NCBI GenBank assembly: GCA_963669435.1
Contig: OY770025.1
Location: 3,445,472 to 3,509,471, forward strand
Source: Halieaceae bacterium
Lineage (GTDB): Bacteria; Pseudomonadota; Gammaproteobacteria; Pseudomonadales; Halieaceae
Direction of reading: 5' to 3'
Length of the DNA: 64,000 nucleotides
The notes under the pieces were generated by a model. It ran no database searches, was not told the DNA's origin, and worked only from the letters and a program-made list of their open reading frames with translations. Of this stretch, positions 8,123-16,086 are shown piece after piece (the stretch's first letter is position 1; each line of letters opens with the position of its first letter). Position numbers and translations under genes: made by a program.

Positions 8123-9634
8123 ATGTATATCAAATCCACCTCTCGCTATTTGCAGTACATCAGTCATGGCCTGGAAACAGTCATAGCGCCGCTGGTAGAA
8201 GGTGAGCAAGCCAGTTTTGTTATGGACTCGATTCAACTCGCATTGCGGGAACTCCACAAGCGCGAGACCCGAACGCCGGCAATGCTTCAGGAAAGCCTGG
8301 GAGAGGGCAACGCCCTGGCGGCGGAGATGCTCGCCCTGTTGGACACTCTGGAAGGCTCTTGTGTGCTGCGCAGTGACTACGAAGCGCTGGTGGCTGACGC
8401 GAATGCAGCACAGGAGATCGTATTTGCTGTATACCTGCAGCTGTACAACCGTGCCAACGCGTTGATTGAAAGGTTGGGCGCAGCATTATCACTGGCGAGG
8501 GTTAATGCAAACGAGGAGCAGAACGCTGAAATAGGTAACTTGTTACGCCGGGCTGCGGAATGGGATTTTGCTTTTATGTCGGCGCAGAGCGAGCCTATCG
8601 AGTTTGAACCATTTGATCTACCGCCGCCATTGGAAGGCGAGGATGTCAACGCAGAGAACCTGAAAGCGTTTGTCGAGAGTCAGTTGGATGGCGTTGAAGT
8701 TACTGTACGAGATCTGGCCAGAGTTCCTGGAGGCAATGTAAAGCGTACCTATTCTTGTACGCTGGACTATTCAGACGGTCGCAGTGACGACGTCATTATT
8801 CGCAAAGAAGAGCAGCGTCCCGTGTTTAACCGCGGAGCCGCAAGTATTCACGCGGAGTACGCAATGCTACAGGAGATTGTAGATACCGGGTTTCCAGCGC
8901 CGGAACCCTACTATCTTGCGCACCGACAGGAGCCGTTTGACACTGACTTTTTTATCATGAGGCGCATGCCCGGGTCGCCAGCGGGCACCTTGTTCGGCCC
9001 TCTGGTCGATATGACTGAAGAGCTGTTGCTCGACATAGCAGCCAATATGGCGCGATTACACAGTATTCCGATAGAAAACTTCGATGACTACTTCGCCAGG
9101 TATGTCCCTGATCTACTGGGATGCGATATTGAAACCGCTTATCGGAAGGAAATTGAATACTACCGCCACTACTACACAACTGAACAGCCCGGTACACCAT
9201 GTCCCTCCGCTGTATTCCTGATCGACTGGTTACTGGAGAACATTCCACAGACACGTGAAAAGCCGGTTCTGGTCCACGGCGACTTCAATCTACAAAATAT
9301 GCTGGTGGAAAATGGCAGGGTCAGCGCGGTATTTGACTGGGAGTCCGTAATGCCAGGTGATCCCGCCCAGGAACTGGCTTATATACAGCCTCATATTGAA
9401 CAGTACATCGAGTGGGACAAATTCCTGCAGCATTACTATGACAATGGTGGACGGCAAATAGATGAGAACCTGTTTACCTTTGCGCGTGCATTCTCGAATA
9501 TTCGAGGTGTTGTAGGTACCGCACATAATATGACGCAGTTCGATCTGGCGCGTAACGACGACGTCCGCTACTTGGCACATGACATGCAGTATTTCCCCAT
9601 GTTTACGGGAAATGCCATCGCGTGCGCAAAGTAG
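8123..9634 (+). CDS. Phosphotransferase (APH / choline-kinase-like kinase fold) with ~190-aa N-terminal helical extension
   Basis: Catalytic loop 'VLVHGDFNLQNMLVENGRVSAVFDWE' (HxDxxxxN ... DWE). The exact start is uncertain because there is no clear RBS at 8123. Confidence 0.75.
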   Translation: MYIKSTSRYLQYISHGLETVIAPLVEGEQASFVMDSIQLALRELHKRETRTPAMLQESLGEGNALAAEMLALLDTLEGSCVLRSDYEALVADANAAQEIVFAVYLQLYNRANALIERLGAALSLARVNANEEQNAEIGNLLRRAAEWDFAFMSAQSEPIEFEPFDLPPPLEGEDVNAENLKAFVESQLDGVEVTVRDLARVPGGNVKRTYSCTLDYSDGRSDDVIIRKEEQRPVFNRGAASIHAEYAMLQEIVDTGFPAPEPYYLAHRQEPFDTDFFIMRRMPGSPAGTLFGPLVDMTEELLLDIAANMARLHSIPIENFDDYFARYVPDLLGCDIETAYRKEIEYYRHYYTTEQPGTPCPSAVFLIDWLLENIPQTREKPVLVHGDFNLQNMLVENGRVSAVFDWESVMPGDPAQELAYIQPHIEQYIEWDKFLQHYYDNGGRQIDENLFTFARAFSNIRGVVGTAHNMTQFDLARNDDVRYLAHDMQYFPMFTGNAIACAK

Positions 9635-9648
9635 AGTCTTCTATTTTC

Positions 9649-10449
9649 ATGTCGAGAAATCTGGATCTGGTCGGTACCCCCAATGCTCGCGACTTTGGTG
9701 GCTACGCAACATCTGATGGTGGTCACATACGCCGCGGTTCTCTTTTTCGGTCCGGGCGATTGTCAGACCTCACTGCTGAAGATCAACAGCGGTTGCAAGG
9801 GTTGGATGTGAAGACGGTAATCGATTTCAGGGGTTCTGAAGAAGCCAAGATTAGCCCGAGTGCCCTGGACGGTTTGGCGGGTCATACAGTGCGCCACCTG
9901 GCCATTGAGCATGGAAGTTATGGCGATTTCATGCGACGCGTTGACCGGGGTGCGCTGACCTACCAGGTGATGCACGAGCAGATGAGGACGGTTTACCGCG
10001 AGTTGGCAATAGAGCATGGCGCTTGTTTCAGGCAGCTTTTCCAATTGTTGATAAATGCCGAAGGTGGTTTGTTACTCCATTGTTCCGCCGGTAAGGACAG
10101 AACCGGCTTTGCAGTTGCACTCATTCAATATGCCCTGGGCGTGCCGCTTGAACTGATCATTGATGACTACCTGCTCACCTCGCGGTTTTATCCGCCCGCG
10201 GGCGAGGTGGAGCGTTTTCGGCGGGATTATTCCGAGTATTTCACGGGTGTCGATAACCCGCAGGTCTTTTCTGCGGTCATGGAGGTCAGTGAGACCTATC
10301 TGTTTTCGGCTTTTGATGCAATTGATGAGCAGTATGGTGACCTTGACACATATCTCGAAGACGTGTTGGGAATGACGCTCAGCTTAAGAGGTGAGCTCCG
10401 CGAGAAGTATGTACTTAACGGCGTGGAGTTGGATGCTGTCACCCAATAA
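9649..10449 (+). CDS. Tyrosine-phosphatase-like protein (CX5R, Y_phosphatase3-like)
   Basis: P-loop 'HCSAGKDRTG' (HCx5R). The listed ORF begins at GTG 9622 and overlaps the kinase gene; ATG 9649 (MSRNLDLVG...) is preferred. Confidence 0.8.
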   Translation: MSRNLDLVGTPNARDFGGYATSDGGHIRRGSLFRSGRLSDLTAEDQQRLQGLDVKTVIDFRGSEEAKISPSALDGLAGHTVRHLAIEHGSYGDFMRRVDRGALTYQVMHEQMRTVYRELAIEHGACFRQLFQLLINAEGGLLLHCSAGKDRTGFAVALIQYALGVPLELIIDDYLLTSRFYPPAGEVERFRRDYSEYFTGVDNPQVFSAVMEVSETYLFSAFDAIDEQYGDLDTYLEDVLGMTLSLRGELREKYVLNGVELDAVTQ

Positions 10450-10486
10450 GGTGGCGTATCTCAATACAAACTAGCAGGAGAGGGCG

Positions 10487-11302
10487 ATGGCAGTAACGGT
10501 CGTGGTAACAGGTGCCAATGGATCGATTGGCCGTGAAGTGGTTAAGCAGGCTCTATCACAGGGACGTCGCGTTATAGCCACAGTTTTGGATGAGGCGCAG
10601 CGCGAAAACTTTGATGATCACCATACGCTGACGATATTGGCTATGGATATCACCCAGAAAGCGTCGGTAGAGTCATGCTTTGCAGAGATCGACAGATTGC
10701 TCGATGGACAGTGTCCGGACGCGATTATCCATTGTGCCGCCGTTATTTCACCTTCGACTATCGAAAATGTTGCCCAGGAGAACCTGGAGAACATATTGAG
10801 AATTAACGCGGTCGGTAGCGTGAATATCATGCAGGCCGCCTTCCCGCGCTTGAGGGGAACCGGCAATAACCTGGTGTTGTGCAGCTCGTTCTGGGGGATT
10901 ATCTCTGGCCCAATGGTGGGAGCCTATGCTGCGTCCAAGTGGGCGTTGGAAGCGCTTGCTGATGCTGCACGGCGCGAAACTAAAGGCATGGGCTTTTTCA
11001 TTACCTTAGCCAACATTGGCGCTGTGCGTGGAACGCGGATGTTGGTTGGGCACAAGGAGAAGGTAAATGAGTTATTGGCCCGACCTGAGGATGACCTTTA
11101 CAGACATATTTACGAGGCGCAGTTGGAATCGCTGGAAAAAGCTGATCCGGTGTTTTCTGATGTAGACAAGGTTGCCGCAAAACTGCTTAGAATTGCGGAT
11201 AAATCCAAACCTGCACCGCGCTACAAAGTAGGTAGGGATTCAGCCCTCGTGGGTCTATTTGACTGGCTGTTGCCGGCGAGTTGGCTGGATAAGGCACTGT
11301 AG
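10487..11302 (+). CDS. SDR family oxidoreductase (paralog group A)
   Basis: 'VVVTGANGSIGREV', 'NLVLCSSFWGIISGPMVGAYAASKWALEALADAARRETKGMGF' (YxxxK). Close paralog of the ORFs at 13913 and 52364. Confidence 0.85.
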   Translation: MAVTVVVTGANGSIGREVVKQALSQGRRVIATVLDEAQRENFDDHHTLTILAMDITQKASVESCFAEIDRLLDGQCPDAIIHCAAVISPSTIENVAQENLENILRINAVGSVNIMQAAFPRLRGTGNNLVLCSSFWGIISGPMVGAYAASKWALEALADAARRETKGMGFFITLANIGAVRGTRMLVGHKEKVNELLARPEDDLYRHIYEAQLESLEKADPVFSDVDKVAAKLLRIADKSKPAPRYKVGRDSALVGLFDWLLPASWLDKAL

Positions 11303-11366
11303 TGTCGTTGTCGGCTAGATATTGTGCTGAGCGAACGACCGAGTCGAATTACCCTTATCGCATAGT

Positions 11367-11675
11367 TTGTTGGATCGACCATGCCGGGTCGCGATTGTGA
11401 GGCAGTACGGATTGAGAAGGCAGTTTATTGAAGTGGCTAACCTGGGTCCAACCTCAGTAAAGGTGGACTCGCATAGCCATTTTTTTGACGTTGATCTAGG
11501 CCTGCAATTCGACAGAAAGGCAGCGTTCGGCTGCCGACTCAATCTTGCCCCGGGCACCGGTATACGATTTAAACCCGGAGCGACAAGAGTCGTTGAGTTG
11601 ATCGACTTCTCAGAAACCCGTGAAATTTATGGAGACAAATTAAAACGGCCCGGCCGGTCAATTCAAAACAGCTGA
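11367..11675 (+). CDS. Urease beta-subunit-like protein, orphan (no ureA/ureC/accessory genes nearby)
   Basis: 'VANLGPTSVKVDSHSHFFDVDLGLQFDRKAAFGCRLNLAPGTGIRFKPGATRVVELIDF' lines up with the UreB core '...GDRPIQVGSHYHF.E.N..L.FDR..A.G.RL.I.AGTAVRFEPG....V.LV'. Only a TTG start is available in frame. Confidence 0.6.
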   Translation: MLDRPCRVAIVRQYGLRRQFIEVANLGPTSVKVDSHSHFFDVDLGLQFDRKAAFGCRLNLAPGTGIRFKPGATRVVELIDFSETREIYGDKLKRPGRSIQNS

Positions 11676-11760
11676 GGCTGTGCAAAAAAGGTTAATCGGC
11701 GCTAACCAGGCAGCAAACAATGGATGGGCTTCTGCCATCATCTGTATTCGAAGGAGAATT

Positions 11761-12447
11761 ATGACAACTACAAGTTTACCCATTTTGGCCATTCTGGGCG
11801 GTACAGGGGACCTAGGAACAGGCCTCGCTCGGCGTTGGGTCCAGGCGGGCTACAAAGTGATTATTGGTTCACGTACGCAGGAAAAAGCTGAAGAGGCTGT
11901 AGCGGATCTGCGCAATGTACTGGCGCGGCGGGGCGCCGTGCTCGTCAACGTGGAAGCCATGCAGAATCTGGCCGCGGCGGAGGCTGCGGATATCGTTGCC
12001 ATTACTGTGCCGTTCTCTCATCAGGCGAGCACTCTCGAGCAGGTGAAACCCGCTTTGCAGGGTAAAATACTGATCGATGTAACCGTGCCGCTGGTGCCGC
12101 CTAAAGTTGCTCGAGTGCAGTTGCCTGAAGGAGGCAGCGCAGGGCAGATCGCCCAGGAGCTTTTAGGGGATGAGGTCGCGGTGGTATCCGCGTTCCAGAA
12201 TGTGGCGGCTGCCCACCTGCATGAAGGGAGTGGGCTGGACTGCGATGTGCTGGTCTGCGGTAATAAAAAAGCGGCCCGTGAGGAGGTAATCAAGCTGGTT
12301 GAAGCCGCGGGTATGCGCGGTTTCCACGCAGGAATGATTAATAATGCCGCCGCCGCGGAGGCGCTTACTTCAGTATTGATCGTCATCAATAAGCAGTACA
12401 GTTGTCATGCCGGGATTTTTATTACCGGCCTTGGCGAAACTGACTAG
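11761..12447 (+). CDS. NADPH-dependent F420 reductase-like protein (NpdG/Fno family, F420_oxidored fold)
   Basis: ATG at 11761 preceded by AGGAG. 'LAILGGTGDLGTGLARRWVQAGYKVIIGSRTQEKAEEAV' matches the N-terminal signature of the NpdG family. The listed upstream extension (11680) is unlikely. Confidence 0.7.
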   Translation: MTTTSLPILAILGGTGDLGTGLARRWVQAGYKVIIGSRTQEKAEEAVADLRNVLARRGAVLVNVEAMQNLAAAEAADIVAITVPFSHQASTLEQVKPALQGKILIDVTVPLVPPKVARVQLPEGGSAGQIAQELLGDEVAVVSAFQNVAAAHLHEGSGLDCDVLVCGNKKAAREEVIKLVEAAGMRGFHAGMINNAAAAEALTSVLIVINKQYSCHAGIFITGLGETD

Positions 12448-12703
12448 CAGCGAGCGCGAAATTACACCGTTGATTACCGGTGGCCGGACAGGCGGAGAGT
12501 CATACCGGGGACGGCAAACCACATAGCTTCAGGTCTGCGCAGTAGCACTTGCACAAGAGCGCGGCGGATGGGTCTCCGGTGGTTACATCAGCCCGGCGAC
12601 GTGACATTGTTATGAAGATAACTCCGTCAATAGGTAATTCAAAATGCTTGCATGATATTGCAGATATTATTGAATGCGCCTGAGTTAGTTCCCTCGTTGC
12701 GCG

Positions 12704-13870
12704 TTATACGCCGTAGCGTTGACGATAGACCGAGAATGCCCTGTTGATGATGTCATCTGTGAGCCCGAACTTCTCGGCGCTGTAGTCGTGTTTGCCGAAC
12801 TTGTGCTGGGCGTTATTGCCCTCCCAGTTGAGCATGTTGGTTCTAGAGATATCGGATGGCAGTACCCCGGAAAAATCGTATATTTCATCGATTACCTGTT
12901 GCATGTTCCTTACCACATCAGTGAACAACAGGTCTTTAACTTCAATGTCCTCCCTCGCGTCCCTTATTTGCATATTCCTGGTCATAATTTTCAGCCAGTA
13001 TGAAAGCTGATCGGGGCCTATTCGCCTGGGATCCACCGAATCGCTGTATACCTTGCGGAACACTTCTATCAGGCTGCTCCATGAGCTGATGACATCGGGT
13101 ACCTTACGATGTATCTGAATCAGCCTGGCATCCGGGAAGGCATGCAGCAGTTCTTCCAGGAATTCATTGTGATATACCGCCTTGAGTAGCCAGGGCTTGC
13201 GGGTACCTCCCTGTTGCCACTGCAGATATTTCATCCACTGCTTCAATTCCTGGTAGACAGGTTTGTTGTCGCAGGTGTCGACATACTCGTTGAAGCCGGG
13301 AACGTACGACTCTGTGTGCGTGATTTTGGTCAGGAAACTGTGCTGCATAAGAAGGATTTCCTCCTCCGGTTCCTCGACGTCCATCTCGTGAACCTGCATG
13401 ATCTCGGGTGAATTTTCCTTGAGTAACTTGCAGTAATCATCACCCGCCTGCTTTCTACGCGCGGTATCTTCGGGTGACATCTTGCCCTCGATCACTGGCT
13501 CCAGGGTTTGCCACAGTGGTAGGGTGGTAAAGTCGCCGCTGGCAGCGAGCATTCGATGCAACTTGGTGGTGCCGGTGCGTGGGAGTCCGATGATTATTAC
13601 CGGACTCTCAACAGTCTCTTTATTGATTTCGGGAAACTTCAGTAGCTGTTGTTGAAAGCGCAGTCGCGTAATCAACAGGCGCCTGAAACGTTCGGTCATC
13701 ACGGCGCAGCCCTGAGCACTCAGATTGGCGGTGGTATCGAGTTCAGAAAGTAAGCGGTCCAGGTGGGGTTGAATCCATGTATCCCCGAAATCCTCGAGTC
13801 CGGATTCTGCGACTGCCTCGGACATCAGGGATACTGCGTTGATGTTTTGTTGGTAGAACCTGGTTGTCAT
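12704..13870 (-). CDS. Sulfotransferase family protein
   Basis: 5'-PSB loop 'IIGLPRTGTTKLHRML'. ATG at 13870 has AGGAGG 6 nt upstream; the listed start 13900 is 10 codons further up. Confidence 0.8.
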   Translation of the reverse strand: MTTRFYQQNINAVSLMSEAVAESGLEDFGDTWIQPHLDRLLSELDTTANLSAQGCAVMTERFRRLLITRLRFQQQLLKFPEINKETVESPVIIIGLPRTGTTKLHRMLAASGDFTTLPLWQTLEPVIEGKMSPEDTARRKQAGDDYCKLLKENSPEIMQVHEMDVEEPEEEILLMQHSFLTKITHTESYVPGFNEYVDTCDNKPVYQELKQWMKYLQWQQGGTRKPWLLKAVYHNEFLEELLHAFPDARLIQIHRKVPDVISSWSSLIEVFRKVYSDSVDPRRIGPDQLSYWLKIMTRNMQIRDAREDIEVKDLLFTDVVRNMQQVIDEIYDFSGVLPSDISRTNMLNWEGNNAQHKFGKHDYSAEKFGLTDDIINRAFSVYRQRYGV

Positions 13871-13912
13871 TCGAATCCTCCTGACGGTTCCGTGGTGCAT
13901 GCTGGATCGGTA

Positions 13913-14734
13913 TTAGAGTGCGTCGAACCATGCCACTGGTAGTAACCAGCTTAGAAAGCACATCAGCTTTGTATCGCTCCCAACGCGGTATCGAGGCCGG
14001 GGATTCGACATGTCGGTGATCCGAAGAATTTCTCTGGAACTGCGCTCCACCCTATAGAATAGAGGGTCCAGGCGCTTCAGGCTCACCAACATGTCGCTGT
14101 AAACCTTGCCGTAAAGGAGCTTTTCTTCTTCGCTGGTCTGGTCGGCCAGTGCCTGTGTATTTTCCTTATTGCCATCGAGCATACTGGTGCCCTTGTTTGC
14201 GCCGATGTTTATGCTGGTTATCGAAAACCCCATGCCGCGGGTTTCCCTTCTGGCGGCATCCACCATCGCTTCCAGCCCGAATTTGGAAATGGCGTAGGCC
14301 CCGAGGGTGGGCCCTGATACACGGCCGTAGATTGAGCTGCATAAAACCAGGTTTCCGTTGCTACTGCGCAGCCTTGGGAAGGTTTCTTGCATAATATTCA
14401 GGCTGCCAACCGTGTTTGTCTTGAAAATCCTCTCCAGTGTTTCCGGTTTTAGAAACTCGATGGTGGAGGGTTCGATGATTGCCGCCGCGTGAATAATGGC
14501 ATCAAGGGGCCTTCCGGAGAGCGCTCGGTCCAGTTCCGAGAAGCCCGCGCGAACTGATTCGCGATCTGATACATCCATCATTAGAACGCTCAGGTTCTTG
14601 TGATCTGGAAATGTGGAAAGCTGGGCCTCATTCCGGATGGTGGTAAACACGGTTTTTCCGGCTTCCAAAGCGAGGTCTATGAGGCACCGTCCGAAGTCGC
14701 CGTTACCGCCGGTGATAAGAATTGTTTGGGCCAT
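13913..14734 (-). CDS. SDR family oxidoreductase (paralog group A)
   Basis: 'ILITGGNGDFGRCL', 'NLVLCSSIYGRVSGPTLGAYAISKFGLEAMVDAARRETRGMGF'. Immediately upstream of the sulfotransferase on the same strand. Confidence 0.85.
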   Translation of the reverse strand: MAQTILITGGNGDFGRCLIDLALEAGKTVFTTIRNEAQLSTFPDHKNLSVLMMDVSDRESVRAGFSELDRALSGRPLDAIIHAAAIIEPSTIEFLKPETLERIFKTNTVGSLNIMQETFPRLRSSNGNLVLCSSIYGRVSGPTLGAYAISKFGLEAMVDAARRETRGMGFSITSINIGANKGTSMLDGNKENTQALADQTSEEEKLLYGKVYSDMLVSLKRLDPLFYRVERSSREILRITDMSNPRPRYRVGSDTKLMCFLSWLLPVAWFDAL

Positions 14735-14972
14735 CTGGTTCTTCCTCTATCGACGTGGATAATCTGCCTGAGTTTGCGGATAATAGATCGCAGCGCTCAG
14801 TAGATCGAGCTGAGTGCCACACCTTGAATAGTGACGCCAGTGTGGCGGGGGGGCCACCGTGTAACAGTACGCGTTTAGCCACCTCCTGAAGAGTCTCCCT
14901 CGTCTCAATGGCAAACCCGGGACATGTGTGAAATCGCAGTTCCGGGTACATTGGCGTCATAGTATTGCCCAT
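14703..14972 (-). pseudogene. 5' remnant of an LLM-class oxidoreductase gene
   Basis: 'YPELRFHTCPGFAIETRETLQEV...LFKVWHSARST' parallels the N-terminus of the LLM at 6947 ('FPELGFFTCPGYALDPKNVFEEV...GFGSVWISERFNT'). It then degenerates and runs into the start of the SDR gene (overlap 14703..14734). Confidence 0.5.
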
Positions 14973-15231
14973 CTTTTTCTGATCGCTGCGCAGTTCTACC
15001 CTACAGAAATTGGCGTATTCATGTGGTCATCTTACTTTGACCAACTGTGAATCGATTGAATAGGAAGGAAATTGCTCTGTTTAATGATCATTCTTGCTTT
15101 TGTTCATGTTCTACGCTGGAAATACCTGTTCGAAGGTAGATAATCGGCTTGCTGCCATACGTGCGGATTTTTCTTGAGCAATCCAACTTAATGGATTTGC
15201 TTGTAATACAGCCTGATCAGGGGGAATTGAA

Positions 15232-16086
15232 GTGAGTAAAAGTGTGCTGGTGGTGGGTGCTGATAGCGGTATGGGACGGGAATTCGTCGGGAGGTTGCTT
15301 GCCCAGCGGTACAGGGTTATCGCTACTGTGTTTGATGATACTGGCCGTCAGAAATTGGAAGACCGGCACCCCTCGGTAGAGACGGTGGTGCAGCTTGACC
15401 TGGCAGACCCCGACTCCGCTCGAACAAGTATTGGTTCCGTCCTCGATGGCCCTGATCTGGAGCTTTCAGGAGTGATCGTATTTGCCGCCACCCTGTGCCC
15501 CGGTCCGCTTGAAGTCATTTCCCTGGATGATTATCGCAAGTCGCTGGAAGTAAACAATGTGGCCGCGCTGATGCTCTACCAGGTAACCATGCCGGCATTG
15601 AGGAGATCTAAAGGTTGGCTTGCCTTTGTCAGTTCCGAAGCTGGCAAAGTGGCGTTCCCATATATGGGCTTGTATATCAGTTGCAAGCATGCCCTCGAAG
15701 GCTTGTGCGACGTCATGCGCCAGGAAGCGGCAGCGTTTGATGTGGATGTCGTGGTGTTTGAGCCCGGCGCGGTGAAAACCGAGATGCTGAATGAATCCCG
15801 AGACAGGGTACTCCGTCTCCTGGAGTCAATGCATTCAACCATAGGCGAATTGTATGCAGATCGAACCAGGCAGTTTGCAGACTTTGTGCAATCAAATATA
15901 GAAAATGGCATATCCCCGGCGGAAGCTGCAGCGCGCATGATGGAAGAACTCGAGAAGGAGACTCCCGATACCCGGTGCGTGATCGGGCAGGATGCCGAAC
16001 AATTATTGCAGATGCGCCGCGAGTTATCAGACAGAGAGATGGACGAAATGTTTGCGAAAGTCTATGGGTCGGTGAGCTCGGCCTGA
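15232..16086 (+). CDS. SDR family oxidoreductase (284-aa type)
   Basis: GTG start. 'VLVVGADSGMGREF', 'YISCKHALEGL' (YxxxK). Similar architecture to the ORF at 54728. Confidence 0.8.
   Translation: MSKSVLVVGADSGMGREFVGRLLAQRYRVIATVFDDTGRQKLEDRHPSVETVVQLDLADPDSARTSIGSVLDGPDLELSGVIVFAATLCPGPLEVISLDDYRKSLEVNNVAALMLYQVTMPALRRSKGWLAFVSSEAGKVAFPYMGLYISCKHALEGLCDVMRQEAAAFDVDVVVFEPGAVKTEMLNESRDRVLRLLESMHSTIGELYADRTRQFADFVQSNIENGISPAEAAARMMEELEKETPDTRCVIGQDAEQLLQMRRELSDREMDEMFAKVYGSVSSA

Noticed and set aside
11381-11431. Alternative-frame mini-ORF MPGRDCEAVRIEKAVY* at the 5' end of the UreB-like gene. It suggested a frameshifted ureB whose true N-terminus (M.PGE...) is in another frame.
   Set aside because: Similarity to UreB beyond 'PG' is negligible. 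The TTG-initiated frame already carries UreB-like sequence almost from the first residues, so no frameshift needs to be invoked. It remains unverified.
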